A program made the translations under genes and the position numbers. This document shows positions 38,452-47,603 of a stretch of 57,269 bases of DNA, in pieces (within the stretch, counting starts at the first letter, position 1; each line of letters opens with the position of its first letter). The notes beneath the pieces are model-generated. The model searched no databases. It was not told the DNA's origin and saw only the letters and a program-made list of their open reading frames with translations. The stretch covers positions 1 through 57,269 of IMG/VR virus record IMGVR_UViG_3300025120_000060. The stretch is one strand, 5' to 3'. Source of the stretch: a virus (Duplodnaviria > Caudoviricetes).

Positions 38452-38667
38452 TTATAGGCCTTCGTGTCCTTGCTCAAAGTACTTATTCTTTAAGTGCCTC
38501 TCCCAAAAATCTTTGCCGTTGGCAACAATAGTATTCCATTCACGATGATTAAATCGTTCTGTAGAACCATTCTTGTACTCAACCTCGTAAACCATTTCAT
38601 GGCCCACTGAAGAATCTGTTTGTAGCTCATACACTTTAAGGTTTTTAATTATATCTTTTAGCTTCAT
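38452..38667 (-). CDS. Hypothetical protein
   Basis: Clean ORF in the minus-strand mini-operon. Confidence 0.65.
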   Translation of the reverse strand: MKLKDIIKNLKVYELQTDSSVGHEMVYEVEYKNGSTERFNHREWNTIVANGKDFWERHLKNKYFEQGHEGL

Positions 38668-38926
38668 TGTAAGTTAAATACCTTACTTCTTTTACCATAC
38701 CTTTGGGAATAATTGCAACCCTTCCTCCCTCGTCAAAACCATCATCACACCAGTCAGCCATCAGGGACATTTCTTCTTCGTCGTCTTTTACTAGCCAACC
38801 TATAGAAAAACAGCCGGCAGCGGTCTTTTTAATTATATCTTTGTATGCTGCCCAACCGGAAAAAGGTTCAGTCGCATCTTTCCATCGGACTATCACAATC
38901 GGACAAGTCTTCAGGTTAAATTTCAT
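38645..38926 (-). CDS. Conserved phage hypothetical protein
   Basis: VRWKDA...W...SIGWL...IPKGMV motif. Confidence 0.7.
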   Translation of the reverse strand: MKFNLKTCPIVIVRWKDATEPFSGWAAYKDIIKKTAAGCFSIGWLVKDDEEEMSLMADWCDDGFDEGGRVAIIPKGMVKEVRYLTYNEAKRYN

Positions 38927-39555
38927 TTGATTAATATATTTTGTCCCGGGACTAGTTTGCTACAAATAGGCACTTCTGTTTTTTTTGAGACACTAAACCA
39001 TTGTTCACGACCGACGATATAATCTGTTGCACTAGCGTCGACGCATTTTTTTGAGCCTATGGTATCAGTCACGGCTTGTTGTACAGAAGCCAGGGACATG
39101 TCATCACCGACCATGGACCCGCCGTCTTTAAGCTTGGGCCACCAGTTCATTATGTCATCCATGACTGCTTCGTATTCATGGGCTCCATCAATAATGATAC
39201 CTTGAAAGTGTTTATCATTGAATCTTGCCAGGGTGTTTACATCATCTGATCTACATTTAAGCGGTGTAAGAACGCCTTTGTCTATGTATTCTTGACAGTT
39301 TTTTAGAAAAATATCGTAGTAAGTTGTGCCTGTATCTAAGTCAGCATGTTCAGAGCTACCTTCAAAAGTGTCTAGTGCGTATAGGTGAACTTTTTTTCCA
39401 GAGTTGATAATGTTTGTTGATATGTAGGATGTGGATCGACCCATGAAAGGACCTATCTCTAAAATTTCATCACCATCTTCACAGTGATCAAGTATCTGGT
39501 CATATGCTTCGTGCATATTGAACCAACCCGGTATCGTAAAATATTTGTGTTTCAT
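38923..39555 (-). CDS. Class I SAM-dependent methyltransferase (Methyltransf_24-like)
   Basis: LEIGPFMGRST, DTFEGS, IDGAHEYE, GGSMVGDD; start refined to 39555. Confidence 0.85.
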   Translation of the reverse strand: MKHKYFTIPGWFNMHEAYDQILDHCEDGDEILEIGPFMGRSTSYISTNIINSGKKVHLYALDTFEGSSEHADLDTGTTYYDIFLKNCQEYIDKGVLTPLKCRSDDVNTLARFNDKHFQGIIIDGAHEYEAVMDDIMNWWPKLKDGGSMVGDDMSLASVQQAVTDTIGSKKCVDASATDYIVGREQWFSVSKKTEVPICSKLVPGQNILIK

Positions 39556-39682
39556 TTTCTCTCTTTTTTCTGAGACTCGTGAGTCTAGACTGATCTTGCG
39601 GAGACAAGTTTTAATTGTTACAAAGGAGGAACACCTCACGAATCTCGTTGCAATAATATCTGATTAATAGCATATTGAAAGC

Positions 39683-39886
39683 ATGAAATACTTCCTAATT
39701 ATATGGTTGTGTGTCAATGATCCTAATGTTTCTTTGAAAAATACCTGTGAACAGGTGATCTTGGACAATGAATCATACAATACCATGTACGAGTGTGCGA
39801 AAGATGGGGCTGATTTATATAAACAATTAGAACCAATGGGTAATGTATATTTGACAACCTTTTGTTCATTAAAGCCTGCAGTGTAA
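39683..39886 (+). CDS. Small Cys-containing, possibly secreted protein
   Basis: Hydrophobic N-terminus; 4 Cys. Confidence 0.6.
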   Translation: MKYFLIIWLCVNDPNVSLKNTCEQVILDNESYNTMYECAKDGADLYKQLEPMGNVYLTTFCSLKPAV

Positions 39887-40126
39887 CTTGTGCATATAGT
39901 ATTAAATATATAAATACAAAAATAAAAAAATAAATTAGCCGAAATGTTACGTAACACTATAAATATACTACTATTAGTATTGAGTATAAACAATTTGAGG
40001 GTGTTACGTGGGTGTAACGTGAGGGTCAATTGTAACGTTACGTTGGGATATATTGGGTATTGATATAGCTTATTTTTACCTTAAAGTGTATCTACATGAC
40101 AGAAAACCACGTTACAGACGTTACAA
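39881..40126. repeat. GTAAC/GTTAC iteron-like cluster with AT-rich tract (candidate origin)
   Basis: TGTTACGTAACA 39945, GTAACGTTAC 40032 and further copies; A/T tract ~39895-39936. Confidence 0.5.
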
Positions 40127-40635
40127 CCACTTTACAGGAACGCTTTGATCATTTTCCTGGACTAACCCCAAAACAAGCTAAATTTGCACAATTGATTGTA
40201 TTGTATGAAGGTAGAAAAACAGCCACTCAAATAGCTATAGAGTGTGGTTTTTCAGAGAAGACCGCAAGACAACAAGCAAGTAATATGCAAAACACTAAAA
40301 GTTTTCCCAAAGTAGTTGAAGCAATTAATCATTATAGAGTACAGTTTTATAGAAAGTATGAAGTCAGTTATGACAAACACTTAAAGAGAATGTATGAGCT
40401 GTCTGCAAAAGCTGAGGAAGCAGGCAATTGGAATGCTGCTGTTGTTGCTGAAAAGAACAGAGGTCAGGTAGCAGGTTTATACATTGATAAGAAAGAAATT
40501 AAATATGGAACTATTGATAGTATGAGCATGGAGGAAGTGGATGCTAAAATTAATGAATTGGAAAATAGATTATCAGGAGACTTGGCAAAGCCAGTGGTAA
40601 TCGATGGTGACGAACGACAAACATCTCAAGGGTAA
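40096..40635 (+). CDS. terS: Terminase small subunit
   Basis: LTPKQAKFA, TATQIAIECGFS HTH, AAV.AE..RGQVAGLY. Confidence 0.8.
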   Translation: MTENHVTDVTTTLQERFDHFPGLTPKQAKFAQLIVLYEGRKTATQIAIECGFSEKTARQQASNMQNTKSFPKVVEAINHYRVQFYRKYEVSYDKHLKRMYELSAKAEEAGNWNAAVVAEKNRGQVAGLYIDKKEIKYGTIDSMSMEEVDAKINELENRLSGDLAKPVVIDGDERQTSQG

Positions 40636-40984
40636 TTGGGCACATCAAAGAGCTATATTGTGGTTATCCGAAAAAGGTTATTACGTTTTTACTAATGTAT
40701 TTGGGACAGGTCCTATTGATCTTATCGCTATTGATGATCTCGGACACGTTGAGCTATTTGATGTGAAGTTAGCAGGGTTCAGAAGTAACAAAGATACGTT
40801 GAGTTCTAAACAAATGATCAATAGAGTTTTAACATCAGAACAAAAAGAGTTGGGAGTTAAGTTATTGTATGTATTTGATAACGGAGAGTGTCGTGTTCAA
40901 TTGAGCAGAGCGAGTTGGTTGAAAAAACAACATCAAGGTAGAGATAAGAAAGGCAGATTTAAAGGTACAGATGAGAAAACCTGA
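40604..40984 (+). CDS. PD-(D/E)xK nuclease, Holliday-junction-resolvase-like
   Basis: WL..KGY.V, GPIDLIA, FDVK. Confidence 0.65.
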   Translation: MVTNDKHLKGNWAHQRAILWLSEKGYYVFTNVFGTGPIDLIAIDDLGHVELFDVKLAGFRSNKDTLSSKQMINRVLTSEQKELGVKLLYVFDNGECRVQLSRASWLKKQHQGRDKKGRFKGTDEKT

Positions 40985-41438
40985 GGGTAGGTTTAGCAAC
41001 ACACTAAGATCGAACTGTAACAAAATACACTTCTTAAAAATAGACTCCTGGTCCACTCCGGGAATGCCTGATTTGTATGGTTTATATGAGCACCCAGATA
41101 ATAGATTGCCTGGCACTTTTTGGGCAGAATTGAAGTGTACATCAATTAACAAGATTGGACTGTCTCCACAGCAAGTTGCTATAAATCTCAAGCTATCCGA
41201 GTACAACGTACCCAATTATATACTTGTGAGAAGCCTCTCTAAGAGAGCCCTTAAGATATTTCCAGGACACCTGGTTGCTGATGCATCAACCGATGGCTTT
41301 AAATCCAAGAGCCATGTTGCATGCTTCGAAGACCCTCTCCCTTGGTCCGAGATTCAGAAATCCCTGATGGTGGACCCCCAAATTATTTTTGAGGGTTATG
41401 GTAAGATCTTTACCGGGCGCAGCGTCCAGGCAGGATAA
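40971..41438 (+). CDS. VRR-NUC-like PD-(D/E)xK nuclease
   Basis: PE..F, PGMPDL, WAELK, LSPQQ. Confidence 0.7.
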   Translation: MRKPEGRFSNTLRSNCNKIHFLKIDSWSTPGMPDLYGLYEHPDNRLPGTFWAELKCTSINKIGLSPQQVAINLKLSEYNVPNYILVRSLSKRALKIFPGHLVADASTDGFKSKSHVACFEDPLPWSEIQKSLMVDPQIIFEGYGKIFTGRSVQAG

Positions 41439-41557
41439 ATCCCTCGTAAATCCCTGGGCTTCAACCCCACGTTTCGTTGGTTCTATAATATAAAAGAAGT
41501 TCCCCGGCGCGCTCACGCTTCTGGCGAAAGACCAGTGCATAAATTTTTTTTAAGGGG

Positions 41558-41586
41558 TTGACATCCCAACAATTAGCAACTATATA
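41558..41586 (+). promoter_or_regulatory. Sigma70-like promoter
   Basis: TTGACA-N17-TATATA, then AAGG RBS and ATG 41611. Confidence 0.7.
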
Positions 41587-41610
41587 TATAAGTAGAAAGG
41601 TAGAATAAAC

Positions 41611-41841
41611 ATGTCAAAATTTTATGGAACTATCAACGAATCCGCAAGGAGAACGGTGCCCACTGCCAGAGGTCATCATAGCATCGGAACAACTGCAGCC
41701 AGTTGGGAAGGGTGCATCAAGGTTCGCCTATGGGAGGATCATGCAACAGGAGATATTTGCTTTAGGGTGGAACAAGAGCCCTGGCACGGGAACGGAGTCC
41801 GGCAGGTCATTGCCGATGGCATCGTGGGCCGTGAATGTTAA
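41611..41841 (+). CDS. Hypothetical (early-type) protein
   Basis: MSKFYG...TARGH...ASWEG; promoter and RBS upstream. Confidence 0.7.
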   Translation: MSKFYGTINESARRTVPTARGHHSIGTTAASWEGCIKVRLWEDHATGDICFRVEQEPWHGNGVRQVIADGIVGREC

Positions 41842-42411
41842 TACAAGCATTTCTGTTCACTGCAATTTTTTGGTTGCTTGGGGCTACACGGCCCCAGGCC
41901 ATCACCGTTTTTGTTTTGTTCTGTGTCTTCTACATCGGCAACGAGGCTGCCGACGCTGTCAAATCCTTAGAAATCCCTGACGAGATACCCCTAGCTTCAA
42001 CATACTTCTAATATAAAGTTCGCAGCCCGCTCGCGCCAGGAGTTGGTAGAAAATCCCAGATGTTCGACCCCAAGCTTTTCACATCTTATAATATAAAGTT
42101 GGAGCTACCGGGACGCTAGTTGGCAGATGAATCCTTACAAAATCCGAGAAGGTCGACCCCCTTTGTTTCGATTCGTATAATATAAGACTTCGTCCCGCCC
42201 GCTCGCGCCGAGAAAAAAAAAACAAAGAAAAAAATTTTCGGTGCTACGCACAACTTGGTTTAAAGATTGCAGACTTGATTATAATGTCATAACGAGGTTG
42301 TGGATAAGTCAGAAAAAAAGATTAATTTTTTTTAATTTAGGTGTTGCTATTTGTTGGGATAAGTAGATACTTTAATCTGTCTTATATGACAAGAAAGAGA
42401 GAAATGCTAAT

Positions 42412-42816
42412 ATGCAAAATATCAGTAAAGAAGATAGAGCAAAAATTGACGATTACGCAAGGTTGTCAATTCTTAAGTCTATCTTTGTAAAAGAATGGCA
42501 AGAAACTTGCCGAAAAGAACTTGCCTTTATGAGTGGCAAGTATCTTGGTTTCTTATTGGGTGAGGAATTTCAGTTTTCCCATAAGAAAAGACAAGGTGGT
42601 TTATCTCAAAGTAAGATGACTACTTTTATTAAAGAGAAGTTTGGTTTCTCAGATGACCAAATGAAAGAGATGTTTGGTAGTGAAACTACTATTAATGTAT
42701 TCACACCTAAGCCATTAATCTCTAGTATTCAGCAACAAAAGAAATGTAAAGATAGTATCTTACGTTCTAATGTTATGAATTTAATTCCTAACTATCAAGA
42801 TAAGGTGGTCTTATAA
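42412..42816 (+). CDS. Hypothetical protein
   Basis: Clean ORF after a promoter-like TTGCTA...GATACT. Confidence 0.7.
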   Translation: MQNISKEDRAKIDDYARLSILKSIFVKEWQETCRKELAFMSGKYLGFLLGEEFQFSHKKRQGGLSQSKMTTFIKEKFGFSDDQMKEMFGSETTINVFTPKPLISSIQQQKKCKDSILRSNVMNLIPNYQDKVVL

Positions 42817-43106
42817 TGCCTAATGATTTATTAAGACTTTTAAACTTACCTACTCAAAACACTAATACAGAAATGGATAATCAAAATGATAACACTAGTG
42901 TTAATTGGCAAGGTGATCTTTTGGGTTGGGTTTATTCTAATACTTTGGAAAGTATTCTCTTAACTTGGTTGACTAATAACTCAATGTCAAAGCAAGACTT
43001 GGCAAGAACTTTGGTTTCAGTCATTAGCAATAAACCAAATGGTCAAGGCACAGATGCCACCAGTCAAGTATTAGAAAAACTAACTAGACTTATAAACCAG
43101 TCCTAA
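42816..43106 (+). CDS. Hypothetical protein
   Basis: TAATG-coupled; followed by a terminator. Confidence 0.7.
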   Translation: MPNDLLRLLNLPTQNTNTEMDNQNDNTSVNWQGDLLGWVYSNTLESILLTWLTNNSMSKQDLARTLVSVISNKPNGQGTDATSQVLEKLTRLINQS

Positions 43107-43122
43107 TACTGGATACGATACT

Positions 43123-43157
43123 AACCCCCATCTCTTTTTTGAGATGGGGGTTTTTTT
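43123..43157 (+). terminator. Intrinsic terminator
   Basis: AACCCCCATCTC-T6-GAGATGGGGGTT plus T run. Confidence 0.85.
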
Positions 43158-43395
43158 ATGCCTGATCCATTTCCATCTTGTTCAGATCCCCCAAAATCTA
43201 GTACACCTCACCACGTTCACCTACTATATCTAGTAGTCCCATTTCTCACGAAAACTCGAAACGTTTTTTCTGGCACCCCCACACCCCCCTTGTTTTGCGG
43301 GCTTGTTATAATCTAGACTGAAAGTCAAGTTTTACTCATACAGAGTCCCCAGAAAATACTTTTGAAAAGGGGACCCAATTTGATATAAGAAGTCA

Positions 43396-44862
43396 ATGGG
43401 AATGCAAATCGAGGGCCTGACCCCTTTTGAACAAGAAGAAGCCTTAAAGAAACTCGTACTTCGAAAAAAAATTTTAGAATTACAAGGCAAACAGAAAGAT
43501 GATTTTTTATTGTTTGTCAGGTCTGTTTGGCCAGAGTTTATTGCAGGCAATCACCATAAACTTATCGCAAAAAAATTCGAGGCTATCGCCAACAAGAATA
43601 TTAAAAGACTTATTGTTAATATGCCACCACGACACACGAAATCTGAGTTTGCGTCTTTTCTTTTCCCTGCATGGATGATGGGCCGTGAACCACGGCTAAA
43701 GATAATTCAAACATCTCACACGGCAGAATTAGCACAACGCTTTGGTCGTAAGGTAAGAAACTTAATCGACACACAAGATTATCAAAATATTTTTCCGGGC
43801 ATGGAATTATCGGCGGACTCTAAAGCTGCGGGTCGTTGGGAAACAAATGCCGGGGGTGAATATTTTTCTGCCGGTGTCGGCGGTGCTATTACAGGTCGTG
43901 GTGCTGATCTATTAATTATCGACGATCCCCATTCCGAACAAGATGCTTTGAGTGCTACAGCTCTAGAAAATGCGTGGGAGTGGTATTCTTCTGGTCCTCG
44001 TCAGCGTCTGCAGCCAGGGGGTTCTATTGTGATTGTTATGACTCGTTGGAATACAAAAGATATTACCGGAGAACTAATCAAGTCCCAAGGACAACCGAAA
44101 GCGGATCAATGGGACGTAATTGAGTTTCCTGCTATCTTGCCGAATGAAAAACCGGTCTGGCCAGAGTATTGGGAAAAAGAAGAATTAGAATCTGTTAAGG
44201 CATCTATATCAATTGCAAAATGGAATGCGCAGTGGCAACAGAATCCTACAGCAGAAGAAGGAGCTATCATCAAACGTGAATGGTGGCAGCCGTGGGAAAA
44301 ATCTGACATGCCTGGTCTGATGCACGTGATACAATCTTATGATACTGCTTTCAGTAAAAAAGAAACGGCGGACTATTCCGCTATCACTACATGGGGTATA
44401 TTCATGCCTGACGAAAAAACACCTAATATAATTTTGCTTGATGTGAAAAAAGGTAGGTGGGACTTTCCTGAGATGAAAGAGATCGCTTATGATAGCTTCA
44501 AGTATTGGGAACCGGAGTCCGTGGTCATTGAAGCAAAAGCATCAGGTACGCCGCTAACGCAAGAACTTCGTATGCGTGGTATTCCTGTTATCAACTTTAC
44601 ACCTTCTAAAGGCAATGATAAGTTGAGCAGAGTTAACGCCGTAGCGCCTTTGTTTCAATCAGGTGTTGTTTGGTATCCTGAAGGTGAAGTATGGGCCGAA
44701 GAACTAATTGAAGAGTGTGCAGCCTTTCCTTACGGAGAGTATGATGACTTGGTGGATTCTACGACACAAGCGTTGATGCGATTTAGACAAGGTCACTGGG
44801 TAAATCTTGAAGATGATTTTGAAGACGAGCCAGGAGACTATGGGAAAAAGGAATATTATTAA
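43396..44862 (+). CDS. terL: Terminase large subunit
   Basis: MPPRHTKS, TGRGADLLIIDDP, VMTRW, YDTA, EAKASG, DDLVDSTTQ. Confidence 0.95.
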   Translation: MGMQIEGLTPFEQEEALKKLVLRKKILELQGKQKDDFLLFVRSVWPEFIAGNHHKLIAKKFEAIANKNIKRLIVNMPPRHTKSEFASFLFPAWMMGREPRLKIIQTSHTAELAQRFGRKVRNLIDTQDYQNIFPGMELSADSKAAGRWETNAGGEYFSAGVGGAITGRGADLLIIDDPHSEQDALSATALENAWEWYSSGPRQRLQPGGSIVIVMTRWNTKDITGELIKSQGQPKADQWDVIEFPAILPNEKPVWPEYWEKEELESVKASISIAKWNAQWQQNPTAEEGAIIKREWWQPWEKSDMPGLMHVIQSYDTAFSKKETADYSAITTWGIFMPDEKTPNIILLDVKKGRWDFPEMKEIAYDSFKYWEPESVVIEAKASGTPLTQELRMRGIPVINFTPSKGNDKLSRVNAVAPLFQSGVVWYPEGEVWAEELIEECAAFPYGEYDDLVDSTTQALMRFRQGHWVNLEDDFEDEPGDYGKKEYY

Positions 44863-47603
44863 TGTCAATTTTTGACAGATTTAGAGACATAGCAAGTTTT
44901 TTAAACACCAGACCTGAATCACGGACACAGGAACAGGAGAAGGTGGGAGAGGAACTTGAGGGTGCAGCCAAGACAACTCAAGAGATAGCGGAGTCCCGAT
45001 TACAGGGAACCTCAGATGAAGAAGCAAGAGGATTAGCAGACCTTGTTCGTGATTTCTTTAGCTCTGATGAAAAAGGCATAAAAAAATTTCGAGAAAAAAA
45101 TAAAGATCAGATAGCTCAAGATAAAAAATTTGTAAATAGTATTTTAAAAAAAACACCTGCAGGAGCGGTTAAGGACTTTGTTGTTAAACAAGTAATTCAA
45201 AGATACGGCCCACAGGTAGCTGAGTTGAGCACTGATTTTTTTAATCAAATTATGGAGCCCGAGACTCCTAAAGCAGGAGGTCAGTTTGACTTCATGGGAA
45301 CTATCTACAGTGACCAAGATTATTTTGATGCAGGAAAGATAAAACCTAACGAAAGTGGTCTTTATAAGATTGATCAAGGAAGAGGAGGTGTCAGCAACAT
45401 AAAAGCTTTTATTAATTTATTACCTGATGACTATTCTAAACTACCCACACAAGTTTATAATGATTTTAGACAAGTTAAAAAAAATTATCCTAATACACCT
45501 TTTGCAGATTTCTATGATCCGTCTTCTTTAAAAACTTCAGGGCTTGAATATAATTTGTTAGTAGCAAATCAAGAAAGACCAGATCTTCCAATTACTAAAG
45601 CAAATCTTTTAGATTTAATTGAAGAAGGAGGCGATCTAGATTCCTCAGTTACAAAGACTCGATACAACAGAGGAGAGAGTGGTTCAACTGAAATTTCAGC
45701 AACTCAAAAACGAGTGCAGGAAGCAATCGATCAGCTAGCCGGTTATTCCGCTAATCAATATGTTGGCAAATATTTTCCAGATCTTAATCAATATCTATTA
45801 GATGTTCGAGATGCCTTGGTCACAGAACAAGATAGGTTACGTGCCGGGGAACGTGAGGACTTTTCTGAAACAGAGAAACAACAATACAGTGAGGCTTTAT
45901 CACTAGAGTTTGGAAACAGACTTAACAAAGTTATAGAGTCGTTAAAAACTGAGCGTCCTGGTTTCGTTGATCCCTTAGTCACTACGCTGAACTTTGACAA
46001 CTTACCTGGATCAGAAGCAAGAAACGCTATAATAGAAAAAGCTCGTGTCACTGCTGAAACAAATTATTTTAACGTCATTGACGAATTAGTTTCGGGTCTT
46101 AACAATAACGTTCGAAGTGCTCTTGCTCCACCTTCCGACGATGGTGTTACACCTACCGGAGATAGAATACCTACATACGGAAACATGGCTGTTATGGGAA
46201 CTGGCAACTATGACGTGCAAGGTATCACTGTAAAAGAAAGAGAAGCTTTGAGTGAAAGATTAAACACAGGCTCTCATTACTCTGGTGATTATAAAGGACC
46301 CAATAGAGTGGATTCTTTTCACTTTCGCACAGGACAACTTAACGGAGACGCAGGTCCTATTAACTATTTAATTGAGGTTCAATCTGATCTTGAAGAGAGT
46401 ATGAGAAAAAGCAACAAGTCATACGATCCTTCTGAGGGAATAAAGTTATACAACTTAGCTGAAAAAAATATTAAGTATGCAGCTGAAAAACTTCCTGAGA
46501 TAGAAAACTTTTATAAGATTACAGAAGGTGAGAAAGAATCTTTGAATACGATTCAAAACTTTATGCGTTACGATCCAGATTCAAGTCGAACTATTTTTGC
46601 TTATCAAAGTTTAGAAGATCCAACAAACGTTTACGTTAGAGCAGGTCCTTTAGGAACTTTTCAAAATGCAAATGGAGATGCCTTAGATGATATGAATGCG
46701 ACCGCTGCAGATTTTAAAGTATATAGAAACTCACCGGATCAAGAGTTTATTCCTGCGGGTAGTGAAGTTATGAAGACTTTTTTAGAAGTTTATTTTGGTG
46801 ATGACAATGCAGTGATGACAGATAGGATTCCTGCTGCCAACTTAAATAATTATTTAGCGAAAAACGATAGAAATGATGAGCTCCTTAAATACATGAAAAA
46901 ATTAAATGTGTTTAGAGAAGATATTTTTAAACAAGATAAAATAGGAAGGGAAAACCAAGAAGGTGCTTATAGTAAGACAATACCTTATGCTACTAGCCCT
47001 CAAGCTTACGCTGAAAAAGCGGTGTACGAATTTATAAACGATTCTGTAAGACAAGGAGTTGATAAAGTTTCTTGGGTGCCTGGTGAAGTTAGTACACAAA
47101 TTCAATTTGCAAGGGAATCAGACCCTTCCGGTTTCACAGATCATGACACTACTTTAAGCACACATCACAGTAATACACAATCACGAGGTATGTTTGATTT
47201 TTATGGAAGTTCAAAACAAACTAAAGATAATCATATGTATCGTGCAGCGGAAGTAGTTGTTGATAAGATATCTAAAATAGGAACTAGAATTTATGGAGAA
47301 GATTTTGTTGCACCTAAGGTATATGAGCAAGGAGCCACGAACGAAGCGGGTCAATTCATAAATCCAATTGATGCAACTTATTTTACTAATGACAGAATTA
47401 ATCAATATAACAAAGGAGAGGTTATGCCAGGTATAACACAAGGATGGGGTTTTATTGATCTTAAGCCTATGCTTGATTCTATTAAGGGCGAAAACAAAGC
47501 TGAGATAGTTCAACAGATTTTAGGAAACTACGTTGAACGTAAAAGAGGTGGACAAATAGAAAGTCCTAGTTTACTTTCCTTAGATGAGGTCATAAATGGT
47601 TGA
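44862..47603 (+). CDS. Large (913 aa) hypothetical protein between TerL and portal
   Basis: FHFR...LIEVQSD motif; ends KRGGQI. Confidence 0.7.
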   Translation: MSIFDRFRDIASFLNTRPESRTQEQEKVGEELEGAAKTTQEIAESRLQGTSDEEARGLADLVRDFFSSDEKGIKKFREKNKDQIAQDKKFVNSILKKTPAGAVKDFVVKQVIQRYGPQVAELSTDFFNQIMEPETPKAGGQFDFMGTIYSDQDYFDAGKIKPNESGLYKIDQGRGGVSNIKAFINLLPDDYSKLPTQVYNDFRQVKKNYPNTPFADFYDPSSLKTSGLEYNLLVANQERPDLPITKANLLDLIEEGGDLDSSVTKTRYNRGESGSTEISATQKRVQEAIDQLAGYSANQYVGKYFPDLNQYLLDVRDALVTEQDRLRAGEREDFSETEKQQYSEALSLEFGNRLNKVIESLKTERPGFVDPLVTTLNFDNLPGSEARNAIIEKARVTAETNYFNVIDELVSGLNNNVRSALAPPSDDGVTPTGDRIPTYGNMAVMGTGNYDVQGITVKEREALSERLNTGSHYSGDYKGPNRVDSFHFRTGQLNGDAGPINYLIEVQSDLEESMRKSNKSYDPSEGIKLYNLAEKNIKYAAEKLPEIENFYKITEGEKESLNTIQNFMRYDPDSSRTIFAYQSLEDPTNVYVRAGPLGTFQNANGDALDDMNATAADFKVYRNSPDQEFIPAGSEVMKTFLEVYFGDDNAVMTDRIPAANLNNYLAKNDRNDELLKYMKKLNVFREDIFKQDKIGRENQEGAYSKTIPYATSPQAYAEKAVYEFINDSVRQGVDKVSWVPGEVSTQIQFARESDPSGFTDHDTTLSTHHSNTQSRGMFDFYGSSKQTKDNHMYRAAEVVVDKISKIGTRIYGEDFVAPKVYEQGATNEAGQFINPIDATYFTNDRINQYNKGEVMPGITQGWGFIDLKPMLDSIKGENKAEIVQQILGNYVERKRGGQIESPSLLSLDEVING

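Larger units (their letters stand above)
41448..42210 (+). repeat. Four copies of AAATCC-N10-ACCCC-N17-TAATATAA
   Basis: Copies start at 41448, 41971, 42051 and 42140 with identical internal spacing. Confidence 0.85.

Noticed and set aside
41624-41980. 118-aa ORF overlapping 41611..41841
   Set aside because: Alternative frame of a gene with a better promoter and RBS; protein not recognisable.
43275-43316. Fifth copy of the tripartite motif (CCCC...TATAATCTAG)
   Set aside because: Lacks AAATCC at the fixed distance, and TAATATAA is degenerate.
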